Shown here: positions 30,672 through 41,726 of the stretch, piece after piece
Layout: every line of letters starts with the position of its first letter
Position numbering within the stretch: the first letter of the stretch is position 1
Assembly: GCA_963749495.1 (NCBI GenBank)
Contig: CAVVMW010000023.1
Coordinates: 352,001-416,000, forward strand
Direction of reading: 5' to 3'
DNA length: 64,000 bases
From: an uncultured bacterium
GTDB taxonomy: Bacteria > Verrucomicrobiota > Verrucomicrobiia > Limisphaerales > UBA8199
Program-made: the position numbers and the translations under genes
The notes under the pieces: generated by a model
Databases searched by the model: none
Told to the model about the DNA's origin: nothing
Seen by the model: only the letters and a program-made list of their open reading frames with translations

Positions 30672-31961
30672 ATGAAAGAACCCGTTCCTGCTCCTCCGCC
30701 GGTGGTGCGCAATGACGTGGCGGCCATCCAGGCCCTGTTCCAGCAAAACGTCATCCCAAGCTATGGCCGGTTCAACCTGGTCCTGAGCCATGGCGCGGGC
30801 GCCTACGTGTACGATGTCACCGGCAAGCGCTACCTGGACCTGGGCGCCGGGATCGCGGTGAGCGCCCTGGGCCACGCGCACCCTGCCATCACCGAGGCCC
30901 TTGTGGAACAATCGCGCCGGCTCATCCACGTCTCCAATTTCTATTACCACGAGCCGCAGGGCCGCCTGGCCCAGTGCCTGGTCCAACTGCTGGGCCCGGG
31001 CAAGTGCTTCTTCTGCAACAGCGGCGGCGAGGCCAACGAGGGCCTGTTCAAGCTCGCGCGCAAGTTCGGCCACGATGAGGGCCGGTTCGAGGTCCTCACC
31101 GCCTTCAACTCCTTTCATGGCCGCACACTGGCGGGCATCTCCGCCACCGGCCAGGACAAGGTCAAGAAGGGGTTCGAACCGATGGTCCCCGGCTTCCGGC
31201 AGGTCCCCTTCAACAACCTCGAGGCGGTGCGCGCCGCCCTTTCCCCGGCCACCGCCGCCCTGCTCATCGAGTGCGTCCAGGGCGAAGGCGGCGTCACCCT
31301 CGCCACGCCCGATTACCTCCTGGGCCTGCGCCGGTTATGCGATGAGCACAAGCTCCTGCTCCTGGTGGATGGCGTGCAGGACGGCCACTTCCGGACCGGG
31401 CGTTTCCAATGCTATCAACGCCTCCTGGAGGGCTTGCCCGGCGCCGACTCGTTCTGGCCCGACGGCCTGTCGATGGCCAAGTCCCTGGGCGGGGGCTTTC
31501 CCATGGGCACGTTCTGGGTCCGCGCCCCCTACGCGGACCTCCTGGGTGTCGGCAGCCACGGCTCCACCTACGGCGGCTCCCCCTTGGCCTGCGCCGTGGC
31601 CCTCAAAATCCTCGAAGTCATCCATCGCGACAAACTCCCCGATAACGCCCGCCAGCTCGGCCAATTCCTCAAGTCCGGCCTGGAGCAGATCTCCGAAAAA
31701 TTCCCGGCCCTCATCGGGGCCGTCCGCGGGCTGGGTCTCATGCTCGGTGTCGAGTTGGCCCCCAACGTTCCGAACCTGCCCGGCGACCCGGCCCGGACGC
31801 AGTCAGTCCGCTTCGCCAACCTCCTCCATCAGGCCGGTCTGCTCACCATCCCCGCCGGCCCGCAGGTCCTCCGGTTGCTGCCCCCGCTGAACCTGCGCCA
31901 GGCCGAGGCCGAAGAGGCCCTGGCCATCATCGAGAGCGTGTGCGCCAGGCTGGCAAGGTGA
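30672..31961 (+). CDS. argD: Acetylornithine aminotransferase
   Basis: YLDLGAGIAV, CNSGGEANE, SFHGRT, QGEGG and MAKSLGGG (PLP Lys); near argB. Confidence 0.9.
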   Translation: MKEPVPAPPPVVRNDVAAIQALFQQNVIPSYGRFNLVLSHGAGAYVYDVTGKRYLDLGAGIAVSALGHAHPAITEALVEQSRRLIHVSNFYYHEPQGRLAQCLVQLLGPGKCFFCNSGGEANEGLFKLARKFGHDEGRFEVLTAFNSFHGRTLAGISATGQDKVKKGFEPMVPGFRQVPFNNLEAVRAALSPATAALLIECVQGEGGVTLATPDYLLGLRRLCDEHKLLLLVDGVQDGHFRTGRFQCYQRLLEGLPGADSFWPDGLSMAKSLGGGFPMGTFWVRAPYADLLGVGSHGSTYGGSPLACAVALKILEVIHRDKLPDNARQLGQFLKSGLEQISEKFPALIGAVRGLGLMLGVELAPNVPNLPGDPARTQSVRFANLLHQAGLLTIPAGPQVLRLLPPLNLRQAEAEEALAIIESVCARLAR

Positions 31962-31986
31962 GGGGCGAAGGCCGGGACAATCTCAG

Positions 31987-32022
31987 CATAGGAGCGCGGA
32001 CGAGGGCGTCCGCGCTCCTATG
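31987..32022. repeat. REP hairpin flanking the RAYT
   Basis: 16-bp perfect stem CATAGGAGCGCGGACG with AGGG loop; partial copies at 32370-32397 and 44185-44207. Confidence 0.85.
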
Positions 32023-32326
32023 GCTTTGGCCGCTGCACGGGCTGGAGGCCAAAGCCCGCCGGGCGCCACTTGGCGCTGCTCCAACGCCAACCCTTGGCGT
32101 CCGGCACAAGCCCGGCCTTGACCGGGTTGTTTTCAATGTAATGGACGGCCTTATGGAAATGCGCGTCATCGCGGATGCGACGGTCGAAATAATCTTCCTG
32201 CCACCATTGCCCGGAGCGGGGCAAAAGCCGGTTCACGTAATGCGAACACATGCCCTTCCAATCCTTGAGGAGAATGCTCAGAGGAGTCGTCCAGACCTCA
32301 ACCAGCACATGGACATGGTTGGGCAT
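32018..32326 (-). pseudogene. REP-associated tyrosine transposase (RAYT), N-terminally truncated
   Basis: MPNHVH (HUH), WQEDYFDRRIRD, YIENNPVKAGL and WRWSSA motifs. Confidence 0.85.
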
Positions 32327-32503
32327 AAAAGTGGACAGAGCCCTCTTCGCAGAAACCCAGGCCAGAAACGCGCGGACGAGGGCGTCCGCGCTCCTATCTC
32401 TGCAGGCCGTCGGCCGCCTCGCCCCTGGTCCCTCGTCCCTCTGGCCCTTTGTCCGGGAATTGGCTCCGAACGGCTTCCCGGCCAACATGAGAAAAAGAAT
32501 GCC

Positions 32504-33690
32504 ATGCCTTCGACTTCACACCTGTCTGAATTCAGCCGCCGATGCAACCTTGCCCTCCTCAGCGCCCTGCTGCTGGGGCTTTGTGCCACCGCCTCTGCCG
32601 CGATGCGCGCAGAACGCCTCCAGTGCGACTATCTCGATGACCCGCTCGGCATTGATGCGCCGCAGCCGCGCCTGAGCTGGATTCTCACCTCCAATGAGCG
32701 AGCGGTGAAACAGACGGCGTATCAAGTGCTGGTCGCCAGCAGTGAAGCCGCTTTGAAGAAGAATCAGGCCGACCTGTGGGATAGCGGCAAAGCCGTGTCC
32801 GATGACACCGCGCAAATCCGCTACTCCGGCAAGACGCTCGAATCGCGCCAGGAGGTTTTCTGGAAGGTCCGCGTCTGGGACCAGGCCGGCGGCGCCTCCG
32901 AGAGCAAACCGGCCCGTTGGGAAATGGGCCTCCTGCAACCCGGCGACTGGGGGGCGAAATGGATCGCCCGCACCACGGACACGAACTCGAATCCTGCCCC
33001 CCTCCTTCGCCGGGTTTTCAAGCTTGACGGCAGGGTCAAGCAAGCCCGCGCCTATATCTGTGGCCTCGGCTACTACGAACTTTACCTGAACGGCCGGAAA
33101 GTCGGCGATCACCTCCTGGACCCGGGCTATACGCGCTACGACCGACGGGCGCTTTACGTGACCTACGATGTCACTGACCGACTCAAGCGCGGCGCCAACG
33201 CCGTGGGAGTCATCCTCGGCAACGGCTGGTTCAACTGCCACACCAAGGCGGTCTGGGATTTCCACCAGGCCCCATGGCGGGCGGCGCCCAAGCTGCTGCT
33301 GCACCTCCGCGTGGATTACGCCGATGGCCGCAGCGAGACCATAGTCAGCGACGATTCTTGGAAATGCTCCACCGGCCCAATCATTTTCGACAGCATCTAC
33401 GGCGGCGAAACCTACGACGCGCGCCTGGAGAAACCCGGTTGGGCCGCCGCCGACTACGACGATTCCAACTGGGAACCGGCGAAGCTCGTCGTAGCCCCGG
33501 CCGACAGGCTCGTTGCCCAAATGATGCCGCCGATCAAGATTGACGAGACGCTCAAGCCCGCCAAGCTCACCGAGCCAAAGCCAGGCGTGTTCATTTTCGA
33601 CATCGGCCAAAACCTCGCTGGCATGGCGCAACTGACCGTGTCCGGTCCCGCCGGCACGCGCGTCCGGATGCGCTACGGCGAACGCCTAAT
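32504..33690 (+). pseudogene. GH78 alpha-L-rhamnosidase, N-terminal half only
   Basis: PLGID..PRLSW, GLGYYEL, IYGGETYDAR, FDIGQNLAG and YGERL, then runs into the convergent gene without the catalytic domain. Confidence 0.8.
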
Positions 33691-33697
33691 TGATATC

Positions 33698-35338
33698 TCA
33701 AGGCAGACTTCCCGTCACGCGCTGCAAGGAGTCGCTGCGGGCGACGCGCCGGCCATCCACCAGAACCTGCAACCCTTTGCCGCGGCCATACCGCGCTCCG
33801 GTCTGGTCGTAAAGAATCGTGATCGTCCGTCCATGGTAGCGCACATGATCCAGGCAGAAGTAGTCCCAGGTGCCCTCGGGCACCAGCGGGTTGACCTCGA
33901 TGAGGTTATCCGCCCGCGGGCGCAGGCCGACCAAACCGGTGATGACCAGGTCGCAGAAGGTGGAGTGATTGTAGTCCTTGCCGCGCTCGTCCGGCGGTTG
34001 GCGGCGTTGTTGCAGGAGCGTTCGGGCGATCCAGTCGCCGTTGAATGGATTGAGGTTTTCGTCGATCCAGGGCTGGCGAGTCTCGCGGCGTTCCATTCGA
34101 GAAGGGCCCTCGTTCGGGGAGCCGGGGCCGGCCGCAGATAGTTGGGCCTCCGGCGGAATCTGCCGAAACCGGTGGCTGCGCAGGTAGCACTGGAACGTTT
34201 TCCAGTAGTCGGCCTTGCCGATCACGTCCTGGGAGTAATGATTGAGCAGGTTGGCCAGGGCCGTGAGCGTCACTGCCGTGGCATACGGCCAACTGGGGCC
34301 ATTCCACTGGCATTCGTGTCCGCGATAGGCCACCGCGAATCCCGGGTGCCGCTGCTCCGCGGTCGTGGGGCCGAAGGGGGCGTGGAAGCCTTTTGGGTCC
34401 ATGAGTTGTTTCCACGCCACCGATTTCTCCGGCCCGGGGAGGTCAAAGTACCACGGCGTGTAGCCGTGCAATTCACGGACTTCGGCGAGCGTGGCCTTGC
34501 CCCGGGGCAGGACCTTGAAGAACCGCGCCTCCGGGTCCCAGAGTTTTCCCTCCACGAGCCGCTTGAGCGCGGCGGCCTTGTCGCGCCAGGTTCGCGCGAG
34601 GTCCGGCTGCCCGTCGCGGTCGGCTATCCGGGCAATGGCCACGGCGTCGCCGTACTGGTAGCTGTTGATCGTGGCGCGGCAGCCGCTGCCCCCAATCGAC
34701 TCCTCCATGCCGTCGTTGCCGTCGTTTTGCCAATAGAGTCCGCTGGCATCGAGGTGGCTTTTCTCCCAGGCCTCATAGTTGGCGATTAAATCGGGCAGCA
34801 ACTCCTTGGGCAACCGAAAGTCACCCAGGACCAGGCTGCGCGCGTAGATCGCGTCGGCGGCCCAGAAGCTGTACTTCCGGGGCTCGCCTCCTTTGCGGAA
34901 CCAGAAGACGGCGTAGTCATCCAGGTACCGCGCATCATGGAGCCAGCGCCCTTCGTAAAAGTGGTGGCCGGCAGGGCAATTGATCGAGTTGTGCTTGCCG
35001 CTCCAGGGCACGCCCGGCAGGAACTCCGTGACGATGAAGCCGTCCGGCGTCTGCTTGATGTGCTTCCGATACGTCCACCACCGGAAATAATAGACCTCCT
35101 CGAGGTCCTTATCGGGGCACTCCAGCAACGGCACATTGCTCGCCGTCCAGTCCCAAGCCGCCGCATTGGGTATGTGGTTGACCACAGTTTCGCGGTCGAG
35201 CCGGGTGAAGCTTTCGATGTAATGCCGAAACCCCTCCGGGTGTAATACCCCGGCGCCCGCGGGCGGCATTTCGCCCGCGACGCTCGTTACAACCGCCAGG
35301 AGAGGGGCGGCCAAAAGCAGTTTCAAATGGCGTTTCAA
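33698..35338 (-). CDS. MGH1-like (GH63-related) glycoside hydrolase
   Basis: YYFRWW, GHHFYEGRW, DGMEESI, CQWNGPSWPY and DYNHSTF motifs. Confidence 0.75.
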   Translation of the reverse strand: MKRHLKLLLAAPLLAVVTSVAGEMPPAGAGVLHPEGFRHYIESFTRLDRETVVNHIPNAAAWDWTASNVPLLECPDKDLEEVYYFRWWTYRKHIKQTPDGFIVTEFLPGVPWSGKHNSINCPAGHHFYEGRWLHDARYLDDYAVFWFRKGGEPRKYSFWAADAIYARSLVLGDFRLPKELLPDLIANYEAWEKSHLDASGLYWQNDGNDGMEESIGGSGCRATINSYQYGDAVAIARIADRDGQPDLARTWRDKAAALKRLVEGKLWDPEARFFKVLPRGKATLAEVRELHGYTPWYFDLPGPEKSVAWKQLMDPKGFHAPFGPTTAEQRHPGFAVAYRGHECQWNGPSWPYATAVTLTALANLLNHYSQDVIGKADYWKTFQCYLRSHRFRQIPPEAQLSAAGPGSPNEGPSRMERRETRQPWIDENLNPFNGDWIARTLLQQRRQPPDERGKDYNHSTFCDLVITGLVGLRPRADNLIEVNPLVPEGTWDYFCLDHVRYHGRTITILYDQTGARYGRGKGLQVLVDGRRVARSDSLQRVTGSLP

Positions 35339-35341
35339 TTC

Positions 35342-35812
35342 TCAGCGCTGCTCCTCGAGGAAAACCGCCTTGCGGTCGCCCGTGGAGAATGAAACCAGCG
35401 TTCGGAGTGTCTCCGTGCCGGTGTTTACGAGGTTGTGTTTGACTTTGGCGGGGATGCGTATTGTCATCCCAGCCTTCAACGGGATAGTGCGGCCATTGTA
35501 GCTGTGCAGGCCTTGTCCGGAAATGACGTAGAGCACCTCTTCGCAGTTGGGGTGGTAATGCACGGGGTTGTGTTTCCCCGGCAGGATCGTGGCGAGGCCC
35601 ACCGTCTGCGCCGCCCCGGGCATGAGCTTGTTGTTGCACACCCACTGAAGTGTGCCCCAGGCGCTCTGCTCCACCGGGAGTTGCGCAGCATCTGTGACCT
35701 TGCCGCTCCACGGCGCAGGGATCGAGGCCGGTTGTGGCTGGGGCTTGTCCTCTCGCGCCGTGACCGCCAGCCACAAACCCAAGCTCAATACCGCAATGAT
35801 GTGTTTTTTCAT
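35342..35812 (-). CDS. Cupin-domain protein, secreted
   Basis: HYHPNCEEVLY...G and IPAKVKH cupin motifs. Confidence 0.85.
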   Translation of the reverse strand: MKKHIIAVLSLGLWLAVTAREDKPQPQPASIPAPWSGKVTDAAQLPVEQSAWGTLQWVCNNKLMPGAAQTVGLATILPGKHNPVHYHPNCEEVLYVISGQGLHSYNGRTIPLKAGMTIRIPAKVKHNLVNTGTETLRTLVSFSTGDRKAVFLEEQR

Positions 35813-35900
35813 AAGACTTCTCATCGGTTCCGCTCTCAGTGTAGCGCCCGCCTGCCGAATGGCAACGGCGAGGATGATCCGCCTTCGGCATCCTGCCTCG

Positions 35901-36112
35901 CGGCCCAACGGGCCGCCAGAGCTTAGCCCAGGGCTGAGGCCGTCAGGCCGATGCCCTGGGTTTGGCCATGGAAGCGGGCCAGGCGCCCTGAAGGGGCGCC
36001 AGAGCCCTCTGGCGCCCTTTCAGGGCGCGCGTGATCTTCCGCGGGGCGTGGTCCCAGGGCCTCGGCCTGGCGGCCTCAGCCCTGGGCTAGGCTCTGCCGG
36101 CCCTTTGGGCCG
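35901..36112. repeat. Long palindromic REP-like element
   Basis: CGGCCCAACGGGCCG..TAGCCCAGGGCTGAGG...CCTCAGCCCTGGGCTA..CGGCCCTTTGGGCCG. Confidence 0.85.
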
Positions 36113-36178
36113 AAGATTCAGACCGATCGGATAGTCTGGACAGCGCGTGCGTTGCGTGTGAACTCAAGTGCGCGTCAA

Positions 36179-38207
36179 TCACCAGTGTGACATTTGTCTT
36201 GCATGGCTGCCCCGCCGACCGGTTTCCGCCCGCAGCACCAGGATCGAATGAGGCGGGAGCTTAACCGGACGATCCAGCGCAACAATGTCGGACAAATGGA
36301 CGGTGGTCACGCTTTCCGGCCGGCCGGGCTGGTTAATCGCCGCCAGGCTTGGCCCATTGATGAGCCATGCAATGACCGCAGGCGCCGGCGAAACGCCGTT
36401 CAGGCGAATCGGCAGCACCGCCTCCTGGTCGGTGGAATAATTGATCAATGCGAGGCCGAGACGGCCCGTCTTGCCGTCCCAAGCCGCGACGGCATCCACC
36501 GGCAAGCCGCCGTCCAGTTGTGCCGGCACCAATCTCCCGCCGAGCTCGGCGCGGTAGAGCGCCAGCAAGTGACCGACCGGGTCCATCACTGCGTAGTTGC
36601 GGCTGGTCTTGATGGCGGCGATGACGTTGACCGTCTGGGCCCAGTTGGCCATTTGCACGAGGTCGGCGGAGCGCAACAACTCGTTCATGGCGCGGCCCGC
36701 CGCTATCATGTCCCCAAGCGTGTAGTAGTGCTCGAACGGACCGATGCCGCCGGCGTCCGGCGTCGGGTTCCAATCCCGCACGATGCCCCATTCATCTATC
36801 GCCAGGCGCACCCGCTCCAGCTCGGTGTCGCCCTTGCCAAGGCGGTTGCGGAAATCACTCACAATGCGGCGCACGCCAGCCGCCACTTCGCCGGAATAGC
36901 CGGAAAAGTTTTGTTCGGTACGTTCTCGCGTCCTCGGCGCTGAAGGGCACGCGCAGCTTTCGTTCGGTGTAATGATGGCCGCTCAGGAGGTCCATGCTCG
37001 CGGCACAATGCGGCAGCATCACGTCGTTCCATCTCCCTGGCGCGCCCACGGCGATGATTTTGATGTGCGGATTCCGCCCCTTCATCGCCGCGACGAAGGC
37101 GTTGTGCCGCAGCGCGTATCGTTCCACCGACACGTTGCCGAGCTGCCAGTCGCCGAACATCTCGTTGCCCACGCCCCACCAAGTCACACTGTAAGGCTTG
37201 AAGTGGCCGTTCCTGGCGCGCTCCGCGCCCCATTGGGTTTGCGCCAAACCCGTGAAATACTCCACCTCGTCCGCCGCTTCCTCCACGCTCCCAAGGCCGG
37301 TGTTCACCGCAACGTACGGCTCGGCGCCGACTTCGGTGCAGAAGGCCATGAACTCATCCGCGCCAAAATCGTTGTCCTCGACATCATTCCAGGCGCGTTC
37401 CCAGCGCGGCGGACGGCGGTCGCGGTCGCCGATGCCGTCCTTCCAGTTGTAACCGGAAACGAAGTTGCCGCCGGGCCAGCGATAGAGCGGGGCCTTGAGT
37501 TTCTGAATCAGCGCCAGGGTGTCGGCGCGCATGCCCCGCACATTGTCGGCCGGCATGAGCGACAGATTGGCGACCCAAAGATACGCGGGCTGCGAGAGCA
37601 ACACCGACAGCAACGCGGACTCGGTCGTGGCCCCGGCGCGGAAGCGGAAGGGAATCTTGCGATACGCGCGGCCCACGTCGCCCAGGATGATGCTCTGGCC
37701 TTGGTCCGGGCGGTCGCCCCAGGCGAGGCGGATCTCCACCGGCGGGTTGGATGCGCCCACGTGGGCCAGAATCGCATAGCCGGCGTATTCCTTGCCGGCA
37801 ATGACGCCGAGATGGTTTTGGCGGAGACCGCACGCCGCGCCTCTGGCGTCGCGCAGCCAGAGGGCCAGGCAGCGGTCCCCGCAGTACGCGCCGGCGGTGT
37901 CGGGCAGCGCGTCGAAGACCGCCCCGGCGGGCCGCACAATTTCCCACGGCGACTTATTGGTCAGGTCGAGCAGGAATTTGCGGTCGCGTAATTTCTCAGC
38001 CCAGATGCCATCATGAACGCAGCGACCGAGGTGCTCGATGAACTGGCTGTAAATGTAAGGCGAAATGGCCGGGCCCGGCCGGGCGAGGTCCACGGAGAGT
38101 TGAGCGTCCGCCGCGGAGACCGCGATGGACGACGACCAGTGACCAGCGAGACAAGCCAGCAGAAGAATAAGACTTCTTTTCATCGTGAGGCGATGGATGG
38201 CGTTCAT
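36179..38207 (-). CDS. GH51 alpha-L-arabinofuranosidase (frameshift near 36910)
   Basis: FIEHLGR, RWPGGNF, WGVGNE, IDEW and MANWAQTVNV motifs. Confidence 0.85.
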
Positions 38208-38221
38208 GTCGTCGGTGGGAT

Positions 38222-39571
38222 TCAGCATCCCACAAAGCTGTAATCGTAAGGCTTCCTCATTTCCCTCGTGACGTGGGCGTTGCCTTCCTTGGCATTTTCG
38301 CCCACGAACCGTTCCTCGGCGGGGTCCCAGTGCAGGCTTCGTCCAACCCGCAAAGCGATCGCACCCAGGTGGGAGATGCAGGCGGACCGGTGGCCCACTT
38401 CAACGTCGCAGATAGGCAGCTTCCTCGAGCGAATACAGCCAAAGAAGTTCCCCATGTGGTCATTGCTCACATAGACCCTCTCCGCAGTCTCCGAGAGCGG
38501 CGTCTTGATGAGTTCAGGGTCGTTCGCCTTCAAAGTCCCGCGGTTGACCCAGATCCAGCCGTTGGCTCCATCGAAGCGGATGCCATTTCTCTGGCCCTGC
38601 GGATCCTCGACGCCCCCGAAGATGTTGTCCGCCTTGGTCGTGCGCACGTTTTCGACCACGCCATTCGAGTAAGTGAACTTAACGTCATATTCGCTGTAAG
38701 TCGTGTAGCCTCCAGGAATGGGTTCGGCGAGACGTTTGGCCTCGACTTCGACGGGACCGGGCAGCCCAATGGCCCACAAGGCAATATCGTTGTGGTGCGC
38801 GCCCCAATCCGTCATGGTCCCGCCCGAGTAGTCGTACCAGTAACGGAAGTAGAGGTGGCACCGTTGCGGCAGGTAATCGACCTTGGGCGCCTGGCCAAGC
38901 CAGTAATCCCAATTCAACCCCGCCGGGACGGGCGCGGTCTTGAAGGGACCATCGCGCAGTCCCGCCGGCAGCCAAACGGTGACCTCCTTGAGTTTGCCAA
39001 TCCTCCCGTTGCGAACCAGTTCAACCGCCAGCCGGAACCTGGCATCGCTGCGCTGCTGCATGCCGGTCTGCAATATGGTTTTGTGTTCGCGAACCGCCTG
39101 AATGAGGCGTTTGCCCTCGTCAATGGTCAGCGTCAGAGGTTTTTCGCCATAGACATCCTTCCCGGCCATGGTGGCGGCGAGATTCACCAACGTGTGCCAG
39201 TGGTCGGGTGTGCCATTGATTACAGCATGAACGTCGTCGCGTTCCATGACCTTGCGGAAATCGCTGTATTTGGCGGGAACTTTGCCATCCTTGGCAAACT
39301 GTTTGGCGGCCTGCTCCACGTGGCTGGCGTCCACGTCGCAAACGGCGATTATGTCCCCAAAGCGGCCGGCGTTGCCGGCGTCGCCCTTGCCCATGCCGCC
39401 GCACCCGACAAGCGCAACCCCGGGACGGTCATTGGGTCCGGCTGTTTGGGGGCTGGGCGCTGCGGCCAGCTCCCGTTCAAGGAACCATACCGGCAAGCCG
39501 GTGGCAGCGGCGGCCAGCGAGCACGACTTCAGGAACGACCGGCGGGAAATGTAGAAGTGTTTCGTTTGCAC
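38222..39571 (-). CDS. Gfo/Idh/MocA oxidoreductase with Tat signal
   Basis: SRRSFLK, GCGGMG, TPDHWH, EKPL and DWGAH motifs. Confidence 0.92.
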   Translation of the reverse strand: MQTKHFYISRRSFLKSCSLAAAATGLPVWFLERELAAAPSPQTAGPNDRPGVALVGCGGMGKGDAGNAGRFGDIIAVCDVDASHVEQAAKQFAKDGKVPAKYSDFRKVMERDDVHAVINGTPDHWHTLVNLAATMAGKDVYGEKPLTLTIDEGKRLIQAVREHKTILQTGMQQRSDARFRLAVELVRNGRIGKLKEVTVWLPAGLRDGPFKTAPVPAGLNWDYWLGQAPKVDYLPQRCHLYFRYWYDYSGGTMTDWGAHHNDIALWAIGLPGPVEVEAKRLAEPIPGGYTTYSEYDVKFTYSNGVVENVRTTKADNIFGGVEDPQGQRNGIRFDGANGWIWVNRGTLKANDPELIKTPLSETAERVYVSNDHMGNFFGCIRSRKLPICDVEVGHRSACISHLGAIALRVGRSLHWDPAEERFVGENAKEGNAHVTREMRKPYDYSFVGC

Positions 39572-39629
39572 GGGGAGATTCTCGCCACCCGTCCACGCGT
39601 TGGCAAGCTATTTAGAGGCAGCGGCGAAA

Positions 39630-39700
39630 TTAACCGCATAGATCGCAGAGAACACAAAGAGCTCGGAATGAAGGCGTTTCTTTGCGGTCTTTGCGGTTAA
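39630..39700. repeat. Short inverted-repeat element
   Basis: TTAACCGCATAGATCGCAGAGA...TCTTTGCGGTCTTTGCGGTTAA. Confidence 0.6.
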
Positions 39701-39837
39701 TTCTGCAACTGCCTCTTAGCCCGCATATTTCATAGTTGATCGCGAAATTTGGCATGAAATCGCCATGGTGGGCCGGATTTACCGGGCCTGGACCACTGGC
39801 AGGATGGCGGGTGGGTTACCGACAGGGTGTCGAACGC

Positions 39838-40059
39838 TCAGCCGACTGCCAAAGCGCGGGGACGAGCGCGCGGCGGCGGGGCGTGCGGGCGCACCAAATA
39901 TAGTTCGCTTCGGTTCAAAAGCTCCCACTCGACCTGCTCTCCCGGCTCCAGCCCAATGGCGGCGGCCAGGGGGATCGGAAAATACACATAGAGCTTGGGG
40001 GTCTGCCCCTTGGAACGGATTGCCTGCACTTTGAGTGAATATTTTACTTGCTTTTTCAT
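39838..40059 (-). CDS. Small AbrB-like protein inside the IS1380
   Basis: YVYFPIPLAAAIGLEPGEQVEW pattern; divergent from the transposase. Confidence 0.6.
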   Translation of the reverse strand: MKKQVKYSLKVQAIRSKGQTPKLYVYFPIPLAAAIGLEPGEQVEWELLNRSELYLVRPHAPPPRARPRALAVG

Positions 40060-40081
40060 ATCTAGCCTATAGACTAACTAC

Positions 40082-41530
40082 ATGTGCGTTGCCAATCAAG
40101 CAATTCTCTTTGATGACTTGGGTCCTCGCCGTGTGCAAGCCGATTTCTCCGGCGGCGCCCTCTCCAGTGATGCCGGCGCGCTGCTGCTGCGCCAGGTCGA
40201 CACTAACCTCGGGGTGACGGCGGAACTGGCGCAATGTTTTTACGACCTGCGTGACCCCGACTGGGTAAACCATTCGGTGCAGGAACTCCTGCGCCAGCGC
40301 ATCTTCGGAACGGCCCTGGGCTACGAAGACATTGAGGATCACCAGCGCCTGCGCTTGGACCCGCTGCTGGCTGCCGCCTGCGGCAAGACCGATCCGCTGG
40401 GACAAGACAGGGTGCTGCCGCAGCACCGGGGCATCGCGCTGGCGGCGCCCTCCACACTCAACCGGCTGGAATTATCCAATAACAAAGACACGCGCTGCCA
40501 CAAACTGCCGCACGCCCCAGCCAAGGTGGAAGCCTGCCTGCTGAAAATGGGGGTGCGCTGTCTGCCCAAACGCGCCAAGGAGATCGTGGTGGATTTGGAC
40601 GCAATGGGCCATCGGTTGCACGGATTTCAGGAGGGGCGGCACTTCAACGCCTACTATGACGACTATTGTTATCTGCCGCTCTATGCCTTTGTCGGGGACT
40701 TCCCGCTATGGGCGCAACTGCGCACCGCCGAGCACGAGGCAGCCCACGGAGCGGTGCCCGCGCTGGAGAAGATAGTGGCCGCGATTCGCAAGCGTTGCCC
40801 CAAGGCGCGGATTATTGTGCGCGGGGACAGCGGTTTTGGCCGGCAGGAGATTATGGCTTGGTGCGAGAGCCAGCGGGGGATTTACTATTGCCTGGGCTTG
40901 GCCAAGAACTCGGTGTTAATTGAGAAGCTGGGGCAGGCCCTGGCTCAAGCCCGGGCCCGTCACTGTCTGACCGGTGCGGCCAGCGTGCGCCAGTTCGCTG
41001 AGTTTCAATACCGGACGCTCGACAGTTGGAGTCGGGAGCGCCGGGTGATCGGCAAAGCCGAAGTGATGAACGCAGGGGAAAACCCACGGTTTGTGGTGAC
41101 CAATCTGCCTGCCGAAGGCTTCAAGAACGATGAGGATGAGGATGAGCAACAGAGCCGCTTCAGTCCGGCCCGGCTTTATGAGGAACTGTACTGCGCCCGG
41201 GGCGATATGGAAAACCTGCTCAAGCAGCAAGTGCTGGATTTACACGCCGACCGGATGAGCACGCATTATATGGCCAGCAATCAGTTTCGATTGTGGGAGG
41301 CCATGTTTGCTTACCTGTTGATGGAGCGCTTGCGCACGCAGGGCTTGGCGGGAACGGAGTTGGAGCGGGCGACGGCTGGGAGCCTGCGTGTGAAGCTGCT
41401 GAAAATCGCGGCCCAGGTGCGCGTGAGCGTGCGCCGGGTCTATGTGCAGATGTGCAGCGCCTATCCCTTGCAAGCGCTGTTTCGGCGGTGCCACCGGCGG
41501 CTGATGGCGTTGGCGCCGGCCCCGGGCTAA
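40082..41530 (+). CDS. IS1380-family DDE transposase
   Basis: SSDAGALLL, GYED, VDLDA, RGDSGF and YCARGDMEN motifs. Confidence 0.95.
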   Translation: MCVANQAILFDDLGPRRVQADFSGGALSSDAGALLLRQVDTNLGVTAELAQCFYDLRDPDWVNHSVQELLRQRIFGTALGYEDIEDHQRLRLDPLLAAACGKTDPLGQDRVLPQHRGIALAAPSTLNRLELSNNKDTRCHKLPHAPAKVEACLLKMGVRCLPKRAKEIVVDLDAMGHRLHGFQEGRHFNAYYDDYCYLPLYAFVGDFPLWAQLRTAEHEAAHGAVPALEKIVAAIRKRCPKARIIVRGDSGFGRQEIMAWCESQRGIYYCLGLAKNSVLIEKLGQALAQARARHCLTGAASVRQFAEFQYRTLDSWSRERRVIGKAEVMNAGENPRFVVTNLPAEGFKNDEDEDEQQSRFSPARLYEELYCARGDMENLLKQQVLDLHADRMSTHYMASNQFRLWEAMFAYLLMERLRTQGLAGTELERATAGSLRVKLLKIAAQVRVSVRRVYVQMCSAYPLQALFRRCHRRLMALAPAPG

Positions 41531-41726
41531 GTGCAGAAAAATGGGGTCGATGTTTCAAGAGTCACGGGAGGGGTGTTTTCAGCGGCAGCCTTTTTGTTTG
41601 ACTAAAGACTCCGTTGCGCCCTGATCAGTGCCCAGACGGAAAAAACTGCGCCGCCCAGCCCGATTTGTCTCCAAAAAATCCTCCGAAACGCGAAAAGCCG
41701 GGTGGGCTATGAAATATGCGGGTTAG

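Larger units (their letters stand above)
39720..41722 (+). mobile_element. IS1380-family insertion sequence
   Basis: 16-bp perfect terminal IRs CCCGCATATTTCATAG (39720-39735, 41707-41722); TTAG duplication. Confidence 0.92.

Noticed and set aside
31940..34141. 733-aa ORF as one real protein
   Set aside because: Chimeric read-through: RAYT antisense, then GH78 N-half, then antisense of the MGH1-like gene
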